Part shown: positions 1 to 13,021 of the stretch, piece after piece | Position numbering within the stretch: position 1 is the first letter of the stretch | Layout: every line of letters begins with the position of its first letter | Source: Monocercomonoides exilis PA203 | Lineage: Eukaryota; Protista; Preaxostyla | Assembly: GCA_001643675.2 (NCBI GenBank) | Contig: LSRY02000020.1 | Location: forward strand, 310,001 to 374,000 | Direction: 5' to 3' | Length of the DNA: 64,000 bases | Notes under the pieces: model-generated | What the model saw: the letters and a program-made list of their open reading frames with translations, nothing else | What the model was told of the DNA's origin: nothing | Database searches by the model: none | Translations under genes and position numbers: made by a program

Positions 1-239
1 TTTCTCATGGTGCTAAGTTTTTTTCAGTTTTGAATCTATTGAATCAATTATTTTGTTTGTCACTTATTTGTTTTCTTTCCCATATCTCTTGACCTTTACA
101 AAAAACTGAAATATAGTACAGAATTTAAATGTTTTTATGTTTTGACAGAAAATCGAAGTTTATTAACTGAATATTGAATGAGCTGAAGCAAAAAGAAAAG
201 TCGAAATATGTGATTTGATGAGTATGGAATCAAAGAGTG

Positions 240-2240
240 ATAAAGACGAGGTTGAGTGTGCAGGTTCTGGTGGCGAGTGAGGTGTTGGATGTGGAGGACA
301 GTCGTGTGGTGTTCAGCAGTCTGAATGCAGTGGGAGAAGCAGAGGCATGCGATGCGGAAGAGTTTTAACTTTGCATGGCACAGGCTTGGAGCTTCCGGTA
401 AGGAATGCTTGCGTCGTGCAGCAGAATGAAGCGAGTATGTTTAATGAGGCAGCGATTGATGTGGTGGGAATGACACTGGAGTTTGTGGGATTGAATCCAT
501 TGAATATTGGAGCACAAGAAAGCAAGGGAGGCAGAGTTATGGCAGCGGATCTTGGAGCTGCTAAGAAACTGAAGCAAAACAGCGAAGCAGCATCTGGAGG
601 AGCAACTTCAGTGTGCTTGCGCTCGGAATTCCGTGGGCGATGCGAGTTTTTGCATGTGGGGAGAGCTAGAGGAGCACGGAGGTGGAGGTGAAGCCGTTGC
701 GGTTCAGAAAGAACGATTAGCGGTGGGGGAAGAATACATATGTGCAGGAAGTTGGTCTGGGGGCAGTGGTGAAAAAGGAACGGATACGGTTTGTGTAGGA
801 GATGCGGATGGGAGACAAGGATTCTGAAGAAGAAGAAGAAGAAATATTTGCTGTTGATTGAGTTTTGTTGAAAAAAAAAACTGAATTTGATCTTCCTCTA
901 CCTTTTTAATTGCAATAGCTGAGCTGAGAGTCTTCAATGTCGGTTTCTGAATGTTTGACTGTATGCTATGTTATGCGTTGTGTTTTTGACATTCTCTTCG
1001 AAAGACCACACGAATCTGTGTTCAAAGAAGATGCCAATGAGCTTGATGAAGACAAAATGTTTGCATCTGAAGAAGACAACTGGATTTTCCAGAGGACAAG
1101 CGAATAGCTTGTGATTTGTGTGGAGCACGACACATGCTTCCCATCCACCAATGCCATCACCCGCGGCAGAGACGGGTCAAACGGAAGGACAGTTCCACAC
1201 AGTAGTTGAATGCTGCTGCTGGACACTTCACTCGCAAACATTGAGGAGGTGAACGACTCTGCCCGCTTCTTCAGAGAGAACATCGTTTACTGTGTGCGAT
1301 TCTGTGTCTTCATCAGTGTCTGTGTCTGTGTCTGTGATTGTGAATGAGAATGAGAATGTGCCTGATTCTCTGCTTTGCCAGATGAAACAAACGATCTTTC
1401 TGTGCTCGCTTTTGTTAGTATTGCCTTCTCTTTGAGGAAGAAGAAAAAGGCAGAAGACAATCAAGCTGTTTGAGTTTCCATCTTCATCTGCAAAAAGAGG
1501 ATAATCTGAGATTCTATCACTTCAATCACTTCTATCACTTCTGCTTCTTCTATTGCAGTTGCGGTTGCTGTTGTTGTCTTCGCCTAGCAGAGAAAGCAAA
1601 GAAAGAGCAGCCTTCATCGAACGGAAGAGCGATGTCACTCCTCTCAGCACTTCCACCTCGTCTGATGGTAGATGCAGAAAAAGCAAGGCAGCCGGGACAC
1701 GCGACGACCGCAGAACAAGAGGCCTTTCACGGAGTGTTGAACGTCTTTTTGATGAGGATGAGAATGAGGATGAGGAAGAAGAAGAAGAAGAAGAAGAAGA
1801 AGAAGAAGGTGAAGTTGATACATTCGATATGTTTTATATAGAAGCTGGCTGTGTTAATGGAAGGAAAGGCGGTTTTTGACTGTTGGGAAAATGAATTGAC
1901 TCAGAAAGAGAATTTTCAATGAAATATATCTTTTCCTTTTTATTCTCATTCTCTCCCCCTTCTCTTTCCTCTTCCCTCTTCTTCCCACATCTACTCTCCC
2001 TCCCTCTATTTCTATTCTCTTCCTTTTCCTTTTCCTTTTCCACTTTCCTTTCCTCTTTCTCTTTCTTCTCTTCCTTCTTCTGTCGACGATGAGAAAGAAA
2101 AGGCGAAATAAACTTTAATCTTTTTGCCACTTCAAACAGCCCCTTCCAGCTGGACACAGACACACTGCCATCTTTCTGCTTCTTGTTCTTCACATTCGGG
2201 TTATGTAGAGCGGTTCTGAAATAGATGTTGGATGTCAAAA
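240..2240 (-). pseudogene. Decayed low-complexity host-gene fragment(s)
   Basis: GC-richer coding-like block broken into short ORFs (313-525, 704-937, 966-1283, 1228-1464, all minus strand) with Ser/Glu runs. No recognisable domain and no continuous frame. Confidence 0.4.
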
Positions 2241-2399
2241 AAAATAATGAAAGGTGAATACGAAAATAATAAAAAAATAAAAAAAAAATTAAATGAAAAT
2301 AAATAAAAAAACAATAAATAAATAAATAAAAAGGAAAAAAAGTGAAAAGAAATGATGATGATGATTTCGATGAGGGACATAAAAAAAAGAAGAAAAATG

Positions 2400-3560
2400 A
2401 AACAAAAATTTCAAATGAAAAGGATATAATGCAAACGGTGATTCATGCATAGTTGTACAGAAAGCAACAGAATGTCTCAGATTTTTATTCTTCTGCTTCT
2501 TCTCCAAATCTGCCATTTTCTTTGTTTTCCATTTCACTAAGCAAAATAAAATCATCTTCATTTTCTTCTTCCTCTTTCCCTTCTTCCTCCTCTTCCTCTT
2601 CCTCATTCTTCACTCTCTCTCTTCCCCTTCTTCACTTTCCCTTTCTCTCTCTCCTCTTTCCTCTGCCCATGGTCAGTCCGTGAAGGCGCGGAAGGAACAG
2701 AATCACGAAGTGGAAGAGGAGGCGGAGAAGGAACGTAATTCACACCAGAAACAGGAGCAGCGGTGTAGTTGAAGAGGTGGAGAGGGCGGAGGGTAGTTGG
2801 AATGCGCTGGGTGTAGCTGGGGATGAGGGGAAGGAGAAGGAGAAAAGAAATAAAGAGAAGAGAAGAAATATGGAAGAAAATATAATAATAGAGAAGATAA
2901 ATCAACAAATAATTGCAAAGAAAAGCGTTTTGCATTGAAACTGATATGAATAAATAAACTCACATGCACTTTGTTCTGAATTGACACAAATACAAAGTTA
3001 TAGGGATTAAATTGGGAAAAGAGAGAGAAAGAAAAAAAAGATATATATAAAAAGAGAAAGAGAAAGAGAGAAGGAGAAAATAAATATAACATGGAAGAGT
3101 TAGAAAAAAAATAAAGAAAGACAATTAATTTGACACAAACATGTTGCTGTTGCTTTCTCGACAGCAGTCTTTGTTGACCAGCTGATACACTTTGCTCCAT
3201 TCTCAATGGCTCAGCTGTCAGATCTTCTAATTCTTTTGATAAACTTGATGCAACATTTTCCATATGCTGGAGGTGAAAGAAGATGAAGAAGAAGAAGAGA
3301 GAAAAATGAAAGAAATGTAAATATTTTGTGGAAGAAGAAGAAAAGAAGAATTTTTCAGAAGTATTTGAAATGAATTGACAGAAGATGAATAATTGGATGA
3401 AGTTATAACGACACAAGGAGAGGAAGAAGAAGGAGATAAAGAGAAAGAAAAAACTTGAAAAGATAAAGATAAAGTTTAATAAAATTAAAAAAAAAGAGAT
3501 GAAGAAAATCAAAAATGTCATGCGAATAGCTGTGATGCTCACTAACTTTTCATTTGCACA
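2400..3560 (-). pseudogene. Intron-containing gene remnant of unknown product
   Basis: On the minus strand, pyrimidine tracts ending in CAG precede coding-like blocks, e.g. exon ~3141-3267 HMENVASSLSKELEDLTAEPLRMEQSVSAGQQRLLSRKQQQH followed by a GTTTGT donor. A full model cannot be built by eye. Confidence 0.4.
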
Positions 3561-4152
3561 AAGTTAAAACAATCACAAAGGATCAGAGCAACAATTAAAT
3601 GAAAAAAACAAATATAATTTTTATGAGACTTAAATTGAAGTGAACTTTCAATTCAAATCAGATTGTTTTTAAACATTTTCATAACAAAGAATTTTAATTC
3701 ACATTCAAGAAAAATAATTCTCTAAAGTCAATTTTTTACCGAACAACATATCGAATGAATAATTTTTGAAAAAATAAACAATTGTTAAACAAAAAGGAAT
3801 GAATATTCTTTTGCGAATTGCATAAAAGCAATATGAAAATCATGATAATTATATCAATCGAAGAAAAAACTTGTTTTTCAATAAAAAATCACTTAGGTTT
3901 TAAGCTTTTAATAAAAAAATAATAATAATAATGTGAAAATGAAAACTTAACTTCAAAAACATTAATAAACGAATTGAAAAATATTGACATTAATTTGTAT
4001 TAAATGATATGACTTCTGTCAAGGCGAAAAATGGTATTTAAATTAAAAAAAGAATTAATTAAGGTCTGCTTGTGGAAAATCAATTTTTTCTGAATAATTA
4101 GATGTGTTTAAAATATTTGGTAATTTTTTATCGCCAATAAAAAATTAATATT

Positions 4153-4172
4153 AAAAGGTTTATTTTCATCAG

Positions 4173-4205
<33 letters not shown>
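4153..4205 (+). repeat. Poly(A) tract; similar homopolymers at 7405-7453 (T), 15831-15886 (T), 52697-52732 (A)
   Basis: Seen directly. Lengths may be inflated by assembly. Confidence 0.9.
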
Positions 4206-4206
<1 letters not shown>

Positions 4207-5936
4207 ACAGTGCCGGGCACTGACTGACGCGAGCCCGACTTTTTCAAATTGACGCAGATGTTTAATATGAACTGTTCTTTATTGTAATTTTTTCTTTTTC
4301 TATTCAATAAAAGAGATAAATATTCAGGTAAAAATATTTTTTTCTGACACCATGAAAAGGAAAAAATGAACTCAAATGGCTTCAAATCCTTCTATTTTGT
4401 TCGTGCAAGCTTAAGTTTCTGGATCGATTCAGTTTCGCTTGTGACAAACAGTTTTGTGAATGTAAACTATTTCTTCAAGACAATTGTTTTCCTTCTACTC
4501 ATCATTATGAATATCTGTTCCTTTTTCATATACATATTTCTATAATTGAAATCGATGTTTTTCTGCTTAAATTTGGAACTATTTGAATTTGTTTTTTTGC
4601 TTCCTCTTTATCACTTGTTTTCTCAATAGTTCCATAAATCCATATCTGTTTCTTCCTCCTCCCTCTTTTGTTCTTCCTCCTTTATATTTCCTCGTCAATT
4701 TGAACAATAACTTCTTCACCACTTAATGAAACATTTTGTCTGTTAATTAGTTCAGTTGAAACTGTTCTTATAACACTCCCTCAATATCCTATTGAAGATT
4801 CTGTAACATATGTGATATGACTGATTTGATTGACTGATTAACCAATCCATATCATTTTATTGATGAAAAGAATTTGGTTTTTTAAAAGGTGCAATCCAAA
4901 AAAAACTGTGTTCTTAAATGCTGAACGTTTTATTGAACACTTTTTGTATTTGGAAAATTTGACATGTGTTGATTTTTTCATAAAAAGATTTTGCAACATT
5001 TCGGACAAGTTGAATTTTGATTGTTTATCACTTTCTCGGAAAACCATTTTTAAGTTGAATGAAAGTCTGAAAATTATTGAAACATTGATGAAAAAAATCA
5101 CTTTTTGCATTTTTGTGGTTCGATCATATAAAATGATGAAAAATTATTGCGTTGTTTATTCATTTTTCTTATTTTTATGAACTTTGAAAAAAACTTTTGT
5201 GATATAATTATGAATATATGTTTTCACATAAAACGAACAAAAAAGATTAAAATCTTCATTAAGCAATGTATACAAAGATATTTGTGCACCCTTAAAGAAG
5301 CCTTTTTCCATATGTGTTATAATTTGAAAGATAATAATGTTAATGAGTTAGGCTGTTGCAAGATCTCGGTTGTTAAGAGTTTTCATTAAACAAAAGTTTG
5401 TATCTATTGAAACAAATAAGAAAATTTTTTCAGCTGATATTTTAAGAATACAAACTTTCCAATCATATAAAAACGACTTTCCAAACTCAATTTATACATA
5501 GAAAAAAGGAAAAAATACTACGTGATTCTTTTTGTATTGTTAAGCATCAGATGAAAATACATATATGAATGGTGATGTGAAAAGATTTGAATCCATAATG
5601 AAAAATAATTTGTTTCAGTTTATCCATAAAAATTGTAGATCTGTTTTTTTTAAATGAAGATCATCCCGTTAGTAAAAAACAAATTTCCAATATTTGTCAT
5701 TCGTTCTATATTGTTATTTTCGCAACATAAGAAATATTGAAATATTGAATACAAAAATTGTCAAAAAGAAAAAGAATAAAGTTCAATCAGTTCCAAGTTC
5801 AAAGAATTCAGATTTTGTCCAGTTTCTTAACCAGACGTTCGTCCTTTCAGAAGAAAACATTCTTCGAACAATTGAAAAGAGAGCAGCAATGAGAGCTGAG
5901 GAAGAAAGAAGAAAGAAAATCGAAAATTTGAGAAAT

Positions 5937-6177
5937 GTGAAAATTGTTTTGAACATTTCCTTTTATTTACTTTTCTAATAGAATAAAAATTTCATATTTC
6001 GATCAATTTTCTGTTCCCACTCACGAAACTTCACTGAAATGGAAACAGAACCTTTGCAATGTTATCATATCACTTTGAGAAAAGTTACATAAGTGGGAAC
6101 AGAAATTTGATCGAAATATGAAATTTTTATTCTATTAGAAAATTGAACAAAAGGAACTTTTTTAAAAAAATTTAGAC
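5937..6177. mobile_element. MITE family 1 copy (~240 bp, long TIR arms)
   Basis: Inverted arms (...ttttctaatagaataaaaatttcatatttcgatcaa..ttctgttcccact / reverse complement). Near-identical reverse complement of 16824-17063. Confidence 0.85.
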
Positions 6178-6206
6178 TTATGTTGAAATTCATGAGAATC
6201 AAACAA

Positions 6207-7232
6207 TGAAAAATCCTTATTCAAATACAACTGATGTGACAAGAAGGAAATTCTCTTTCTTTTTCGAATCTATCGATGAGAAAACCGAAACATGGTACGT
6301 GAATGAATGCACATTAACAACAATAACAACAGCTAGATACTTGTCGAAATTGAAGGAATGAATAGACATTCCACTTCCATTGCATCAATAAGGAAGAAAG
6401 AAAAAGGTCGAAAATGAACAACATCAATCAATTGTTCGGGAAAAAATGAAACAGAATCCTTTTAAAACACATTGAGAAAAAACCATTGGTAATGATAAAT
6501 CAAGGAAGATATATCAGAAAATTATCAAATTTTTCTGGTTTTCACATAAGAAAGTCAAGAGATACGAAAATATCCAATTATTTCCTTCAAAAAATAACAA
6601 TGAGAGAAGCCGCAGCAAATTCAGAAGAAAAAATAATTCTCCTTATTAAATTCATAGAAAAACTCTACGAATATCAAATGGATGGTACAATGATATTTTA
6701 TTTCGACGAAACATCTTTGTATGAAGAATGCATCAGAAAATATGGATGGTCCCCAGTTGGACAGAAGGTTCTTATTCCTCCTCCACCAGTTCATCAGTCA
6801 CTTTCTGCCATCACATCCATATCCCAATCAGGAGTGAGATATTCCAAAGTTGTCAGGGGGTCAATAAATCATAAAGTCTTTGAGGCACGCATTAAAAAAT
6901 ATTTTATTTAAATAAAAGTCCATGGATCATTGGTAATTGTGATGGACAACACTTCAATTCATCAACTTATCACAAAAGCAATAATAATGAATGGCGGTCA
7001 TCATGTGCTACACAATGTAGTTTATTCACCAATACTGAATCCAATAGAAAACGTTTTTTGTTTTTGGAAAAAAAGAGCTGAAGAAAGCTCATTCATCTGG
7101 ATAGGAAAAAATCATTTTATTTCCGTTCTTATCGAGACGTTCAAAGATATTACAGCAAGAGAAGTGAGAAGAACCATTGCTAATGTTGAGAATGAAATTT
7201 GGCCACTGGTTTTGGAAAAGAAAGACCTTTAA
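6207..7232 (+). pseudogene. IS630/Tc1/mariner-superfamily (DDE_3-like) transposase, disrupted
   Basis: Motifs FYFDET, VIVMDNTSIH and YSPILNPIENVF. ORFs 6486-6911 and 6930-7232 are in the same frame, split by one TAA at 6909. The N-terminal part has stops and frameshifts. Confidence 0.85.
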
Positions 7233-7403
7233 CCTTAACGTTACACTTATTTATCTAAACTTCATTTACAGACAAAAGTGTGATTTAATTCGATTTAATA
7301 TTTATTGCTTTTAATCTCATATCATCTTGTTAATAGTCCTATTATTACAAACAAAGATCTTCATCGATAACAAGCATATTAGCTAGTTGATTATTCATCA
7401 CCC

Positions 7404-7454
<51 letters not shown>

Positions 7455-7964
7455 AATACTCAACAAAAAAAGTAATTGTCAACATTTTTAATGAGCAGAC
7501 TGTAACAAAAATAAATATTTTTCTCTTTTTTTTTATTAAAAAATTCTGTTTGTTTCATTTTTATAAAAATAAATTTTTCGAGATTCGTTTAAAAGAATTA
7601 TTCAAAAAGGATAAGCCATATGTTAGAGTATTTCTTGTATTTATTATTCAATGTTTTGATTTATTTCAATTTCACATTTAATATATAAACAAATATTATC
7701 TGATTTTTATTCTCATTTATTTATGAAAAAAATTTTTTTTGAAAAAGAAATTTGTAGGCTTTCCAATCATCGGTTTCAAATTGTAAAAATGCATCACACA
7801 ATAACAATGATATGTTATACATATGTCTATTTTTTGAAACTCATGCAAATATAGAAGAAAATGAAAACATCAGCTTTTTTATCAAAAACATTCGAAAATA
7901 CATAATTATGGGAGATCTCAAATGCTTATGGGATTGATCGAATTTAGATTTTGAATAAACGAAA

Positions 7965-10900
7965 ATGCTTTATATAGGTTTTGCTATTGTGATTTGTACC
8001 TTGGTGGCCGGTGATGATTGCACATTTAAGAGCATGATGCCAGTTGATAAAGAACGTGTTGCAAAATGCTTGCAGCATTTACCAGTTTGTTAATTTTTTT
8101 TAATTTCTTTTAAAATTCTTGAAATTATTGTGAATTCTTTACATAACTGCAGTATAAAAAAGGAGAGGGAGAAACGCTTGAAACAATGAAGACGGTGCGA
8201 AGTTACATTGACAGCTATGCTTATCGAGACACAATGGTTAATCCTCCAGCTCCATATAAACGTTATGATATTCTCGCAGAGTTGAGCAAAATTGAAAATA
8301 CCGAATATGCCAATGGATTGGAATATCACCAAGCAATCGCAACTGCCTTTAACAATCTTGAAGATGCACATACAAATTACGTTTTCCCATGCTCGAGCTT
8401 GTTCGCATATATATTTCCATTCAGATTTGTTTTTGAAGTTCCCGATGCTTCAAAACCATCAGAAATTGTTGTCAAAGTAACTGAATCCACTTTTTCAAAT
8501 TTAACACAATATTTTATTGAAAGTGGTGGGACAAATATCACTGGAAAGCAAGTCCTTAAACTTGATCTTCCGGATTTAGATGGATCTGGAAATATGAAAC
8601 CCGAAGAGGCAATTGCTAAATGGGCAGATAAATATGTGAAGACAGCACGAACACCAGCTGCAAGATTAGCTTATGCACTGACCTATACAGATTTTGAAAT
8701 TAGAACTCCTTATTCAATGCCAATTCCAAATGATGCGGTTAAGATTACAGTTAAGAATGCAGATGGTGAGCAAACCGTTAATGTTCCTTTTTATGGAGCA
8801 GCAGTTATGGATATTAAAGATGTTAATGATATGCTGAACACTAAATGCCCGCTTCAGGATAAAGTGCAAAATAATTTAACATCAAACTCTAATAGCTTTG
8901 AGCAGCAATCCTTTGAAGAAGATGAGAAACATTATCAAGCAGTGATGGAAGCGCATAAGGATAATCCATTATTTCAACAGATTTATGAAAGTATCTGGAA
9001 ATCTCCTGAATTGAAGAATTTATTTATCAGAAAACCGGATAGCATACCAATTCCCAAAAAGTTAACACATCCTATTGAAGAAGAGATTTCTTCTCGAGTA
9101 AAGGACATTATTTCCCAACAATTTGCACTATCTGATGAGCATCAGAAGAATGGAAACCAAAAGCAATCGTTCAAAGCGAGAATCGAAGAGAAATTGAGAA
9201 AAATGAAGAAAAATGGTGAATTTGAAGATTTTGATAGTGCTGGAGAAGGCGAGCCAAAATTGACCATTTTGAAGAAAGACAAAAATGTTCTTGCTGCAGT
9301 GGTTGATGCATATAAGTTGGGGTATTTATCCATTGGAACATTTGCACCAAGCAGTGATGAAGAAATAGCTTCATTTATGGAGGTTATCATCACAAGCGTT
9401 GTAGAAACAAGAGCCAAAGGATACAAGCTCATAATCGATTTGCGTGGCAACGGAGGTGGATACATCATATTGTCTGATTGGCTTTTCATGCTGTTGTTCC
9501 CTGAGGAATATCCAATCTTCCCAACACGATCGGTGGTTGCATCTGAACTCAGCAAAATATACATAAGCGAAGTTTCACAGCCACCATTTGAATTTGTAAC
9601 CGAGCCGGTTTCACAAGATTTAATCAAGGATGTCTGGGCAAAGCCAAAGACAAAAGTCACTGTGATAGGAGATGACGGGAAGGAGCGTTCACAAGAATGG
9701 GTGTACAAGCACGTGGAGGATTCTGAAAGAGCAGTCAACAGTTTGTTATCTGCTGTTCCATTAGCGTATCGAAATGCGAGGTTGTATGCTCCGAGTGAAA
9801 TTTTAGTTTTGAGCGATGGGACATGTGGATCTGCCTGTGCTCAGTTCTTGAAACGAATGAAGGAGAAGAAGCTGGGAAAAGTTGCGGGACTTGGCAGTGA
9901 AAAACTTTCTGAAAGTGGGATTCCATTTGATATTGCCTCATTTGCCAGTGGAAATGTGATTGATACATCGTATGTTGAACAAGTGCGTCCCAAAGCCGCA
10001 TCGATGCGAGAAAACAGGATGTTAAACAACATGTCAAACGACGAGCCCCTTCCTTCGTATCCAAGAAAGGTGCAAAGAGGGATGACGAATATCAGAATAT
10101 CTTTAACAACTTCGTTTAGCTTTGATTGGAATACGCTGAACGAGCAACCAGAGTTTAAAATTATTGAGCCAGACGAAATCTATCCAATTTTTGCTGATAA
10201 GATAACCGGCTTCACGCCATCTGGAATTTTAGACACAATAACAAAAGTAAAGTCATCATTTGACAAGTGTTATGATTGGGAAGTGAAAGATAACTATGCA
10301 TGCCCAATCCCTGCTAATAATAAGAATGCTGTTTATGGGAATCCGTGTTCTAACAAAAAATTCGACAAGAACCAGTGCAAGTTGTCTCGCTGCGAGCGTG
10401 GCTACTATTTGAACAGAGACAATATATGTCAGAAACGTCCATCAATGGGCCGTCCAAAATACCAAGAGGATCCATCTGTCTGCATGTTCGATCCAATGAC
10501 TCCGATGCGAGCTGATGTCATGATTGACTGCTTGAAGCAGCTTCCATATGATAAAACAGAGGCTGCCAACACTTTGAAGACTATCAGGGATACTTTGGCC
10601 ATTTACGCATACAGAGATACAATTGCCAACCCGCCAGCCCCATTTGAAAACGATAAAGTTGATATTCTTGGCGAACTGGACAAAATCGAGAAGGAAGATT
10701 ATTCATCAGGGCTTGAGTTCCACAATGCAATTGGCACAGCTTTCGCAAAACTGAAAGATGCCCATACGATTTACAATTATCCATGTTCTCAGCCGTTTGT
10801 ATTTGCGCTGCCTTACACTTTTAAGTTTGAAGTGCCAGACCCTTCGAAGCCAAACGAAATAACAGTGAAGTTGACAGAGTACATTTCTTTGCTCTCTAAT

Positions 10901-13021
10901 TTTTATGCGAAAGAAATGGGAAGGAGCTTTAAAGACAGAGTTGTCACAAAGATCACAATGACAGATTTGAATGAGGTTGCGAATGAAAAGCCTGAAGTTA
11001 CTATTGCTCGATGGTGCGATGAAAATGTTCCATTGTCCCGAACGCCAGCTGCGCGTTTGAATTATGGATTGGATCAAATGTTTGCTGTGCGTTCACCAAC
11101 ATACAATAAAATTGTGGATGGAAGCGTGAATGTTACACTGAAAACAGCGGACGGCGGAACAGAAACGATTCCTTTGTATTGGTATGGTCTGTCAACTGCT
11201 GAGATTTCTGGATCAACTTTGTTGTACGATGACTATTGCAAATTGGATAAACATTCAGCAAATAATGAAAACGAGCATCAAACAACCAAAGAAGAGAGTT
11301 CTCTTTTGAATAATCGAATGCTCCAATCATCAAGAAAGGCGGATGCAAAACTTATTGAAGAGTATGAGTCATTTACGAAAATGAGCAAAGAGCAGCTGGC
11401 GAAACAAAATGAGATAAAGATCAAAGAAATAAGAGAAAAATATGCGAATGATACAAAGTTTGTGAAAGCATATGAGAAGTTCATGGGAAACAAGCCTCTT
11501 CGCGAGATGCTTATGAAGGATCGAATTTTGCACAAATCATTGGATCAACTGCTTCCCCCAGCGATCCAGACAATAAGGAAAATCATGAATGATGAAAATC
11601 AAAAAAAGGCCGAAGAATCGAAAGCGAGGCTTTCACGCATGACGAATGCAGTTCGTGTGAAAGAAATAGGAACGCTTCCAGGAATTATTCATGGTGTTAC
11701 CATTCCTGAGTGGAAGCTTGGATATTGCCACATTATGAGCTTTAGTCCTTCTTCCGACGAAGACATGGTAAAGTTCTTGAAGGTCTTTGCTGATGTTGTT
11801 AGTGAAGTGAAAAACAACAATTACAAAATGGTCATCGATGTGCGAAATAACGGAGGTGGAATTATTTATCTGGGAGCACAGTTGTATCATTTCTTATTCC
11901 CAGAAACTTTCCCCATAAACCCACGCTACAACTTTGTGAGAGGGAATGCATCAGATTATATTGCTTCAATAATGGCAGATAAAAAGCTTGTGGTGTACAC
12001 AGACTATGAAACATTGGACGTTGTTGACGATGTGCTGGCGCTGCCGACTACAACAAAGAAGACAATTGTTGGAGGCAAAGAACGCAGCCAAACATGGAGT
12101 GGTTCGTATTCACTCAATTCTGACAGATATTTGTATGAATTCGTTGGATCTACTATTCCATCGTCACTTTATGGCAAGAATCTGTTTGATCCAAATGATT
12201 TGATGTTCATTACTGATGGTGAATGCGGTTCAACATGCTCTCAATTCTTGAAGCATGTGAAAGAGGCACAGATGGCAAAAGTTATCGGAATTGGAGGGCA
12301 ATTGACACGCAAAGAAATTGATTATGATATTGCATCGTTTGCAGCTGGAAACGTTATTCGTTCTTCGTCTATCGAAGAACTGAAGAAAGAAGTCAGTTCA
12401 AGTGCAGGCTGGCCTTCAAAGTTCCCTCGACAAAACACTGACTTGAGTTTTGCAATGTTGACTGGCTATTCATTTGACTGGAAGACAGAAGATCAACAGC
12501 TTGAGTTCAAGATAGTGAAGCCAGATGTGGTATATCCATACTACCCCAACATTGAGGAAGCAAGAGATGAAAAAGGATACTTGACTCTTTTGGAAAAAGT
12601 GAAGAAGTATTTTGATGTGTGCTATGACTGGCAGGTGAAAGTGAACACATCTTGCACTGTTCCCAGTGAAGATGCAAATGCGGTTTATGGAAATCCATGC
12701 AAACAAGGAAAGTTTACAAGTGAATGTGCGTTTGCTCGCTGTGCGAATGGATATTACAGAAACAGAAACGAAAAATGTGTGAAATATCCAGTGATGCCTC
12801 CACTCCCAAAAGAAGAAGATAAGCCAAAGAAATTATCTTCTGGAGCAATTGCAGGCATTGTAATTGGCTGTGTCCTGGCTGTGCTTGTAGTTATAGCTGT
12901 AATTGCTATATGCGTTGTTAAAGGAAAGAAATCCAAAAAGGCAAAAAAGGATGACTACCTAAATGTGAAGCTTACAGAACAAAGTTATCCTGCTGATGGA
13001 GGAGTTCCAATAAAGCTTTAA
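7965..13021 (+). CDS. Membrane-anchored tandem S41-family (CPAF-like) serine peptidase, ~1662 aa; exons 7965-8084 and 8153-13021
   Basis: Exon 1 gives a signal peptide (MLYIGFAIVICTLVAG). The GT..AG intron splices in frame. Two repeats each have L.DAHT, IID[L/V]R.NGGG and DG.CGS.C motifs plus a Cys-rich module. C-terminal TM segment AIAGIVIGCVLAVLVVIAVIAICVV followed by a basic stop-transfer. Confidence 0.9.
8085..8152 (+). other. 68-nt spliceosomal intron
   Basis: GTTTGT...TAACTGCAG. The spliced junction CLQHLP|YKKGE matches the second repeat, CLKQLPYDKTE. Confidence 0.9.

Noticed and set aside
4206-4212. RAG/Transib RSS heptamer CACAGTG
   Set aside because: No nonamer and no matching inverted partner end was found nearby.
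4884-5295. Kolobok-like element (TTAA flanks, GGTGCA ends)
   Set aside because: The inverted match is only ~6-8 bp, which is too weak to call.
6909-6911. TAA/TAG reassigned to Gln, as in some oxymonads, explaining in-frame stops
   Set aside because: The 1611-codon ORF has no internal TAA/TAG and ends in TAA. The broken frames also contain TGA stops and frameshifts.
13010-13018. PTS1-like C-terminal IKL
   Set aside because: The protein has a signal peptide and TM anchor, and IKL is non-canonical.
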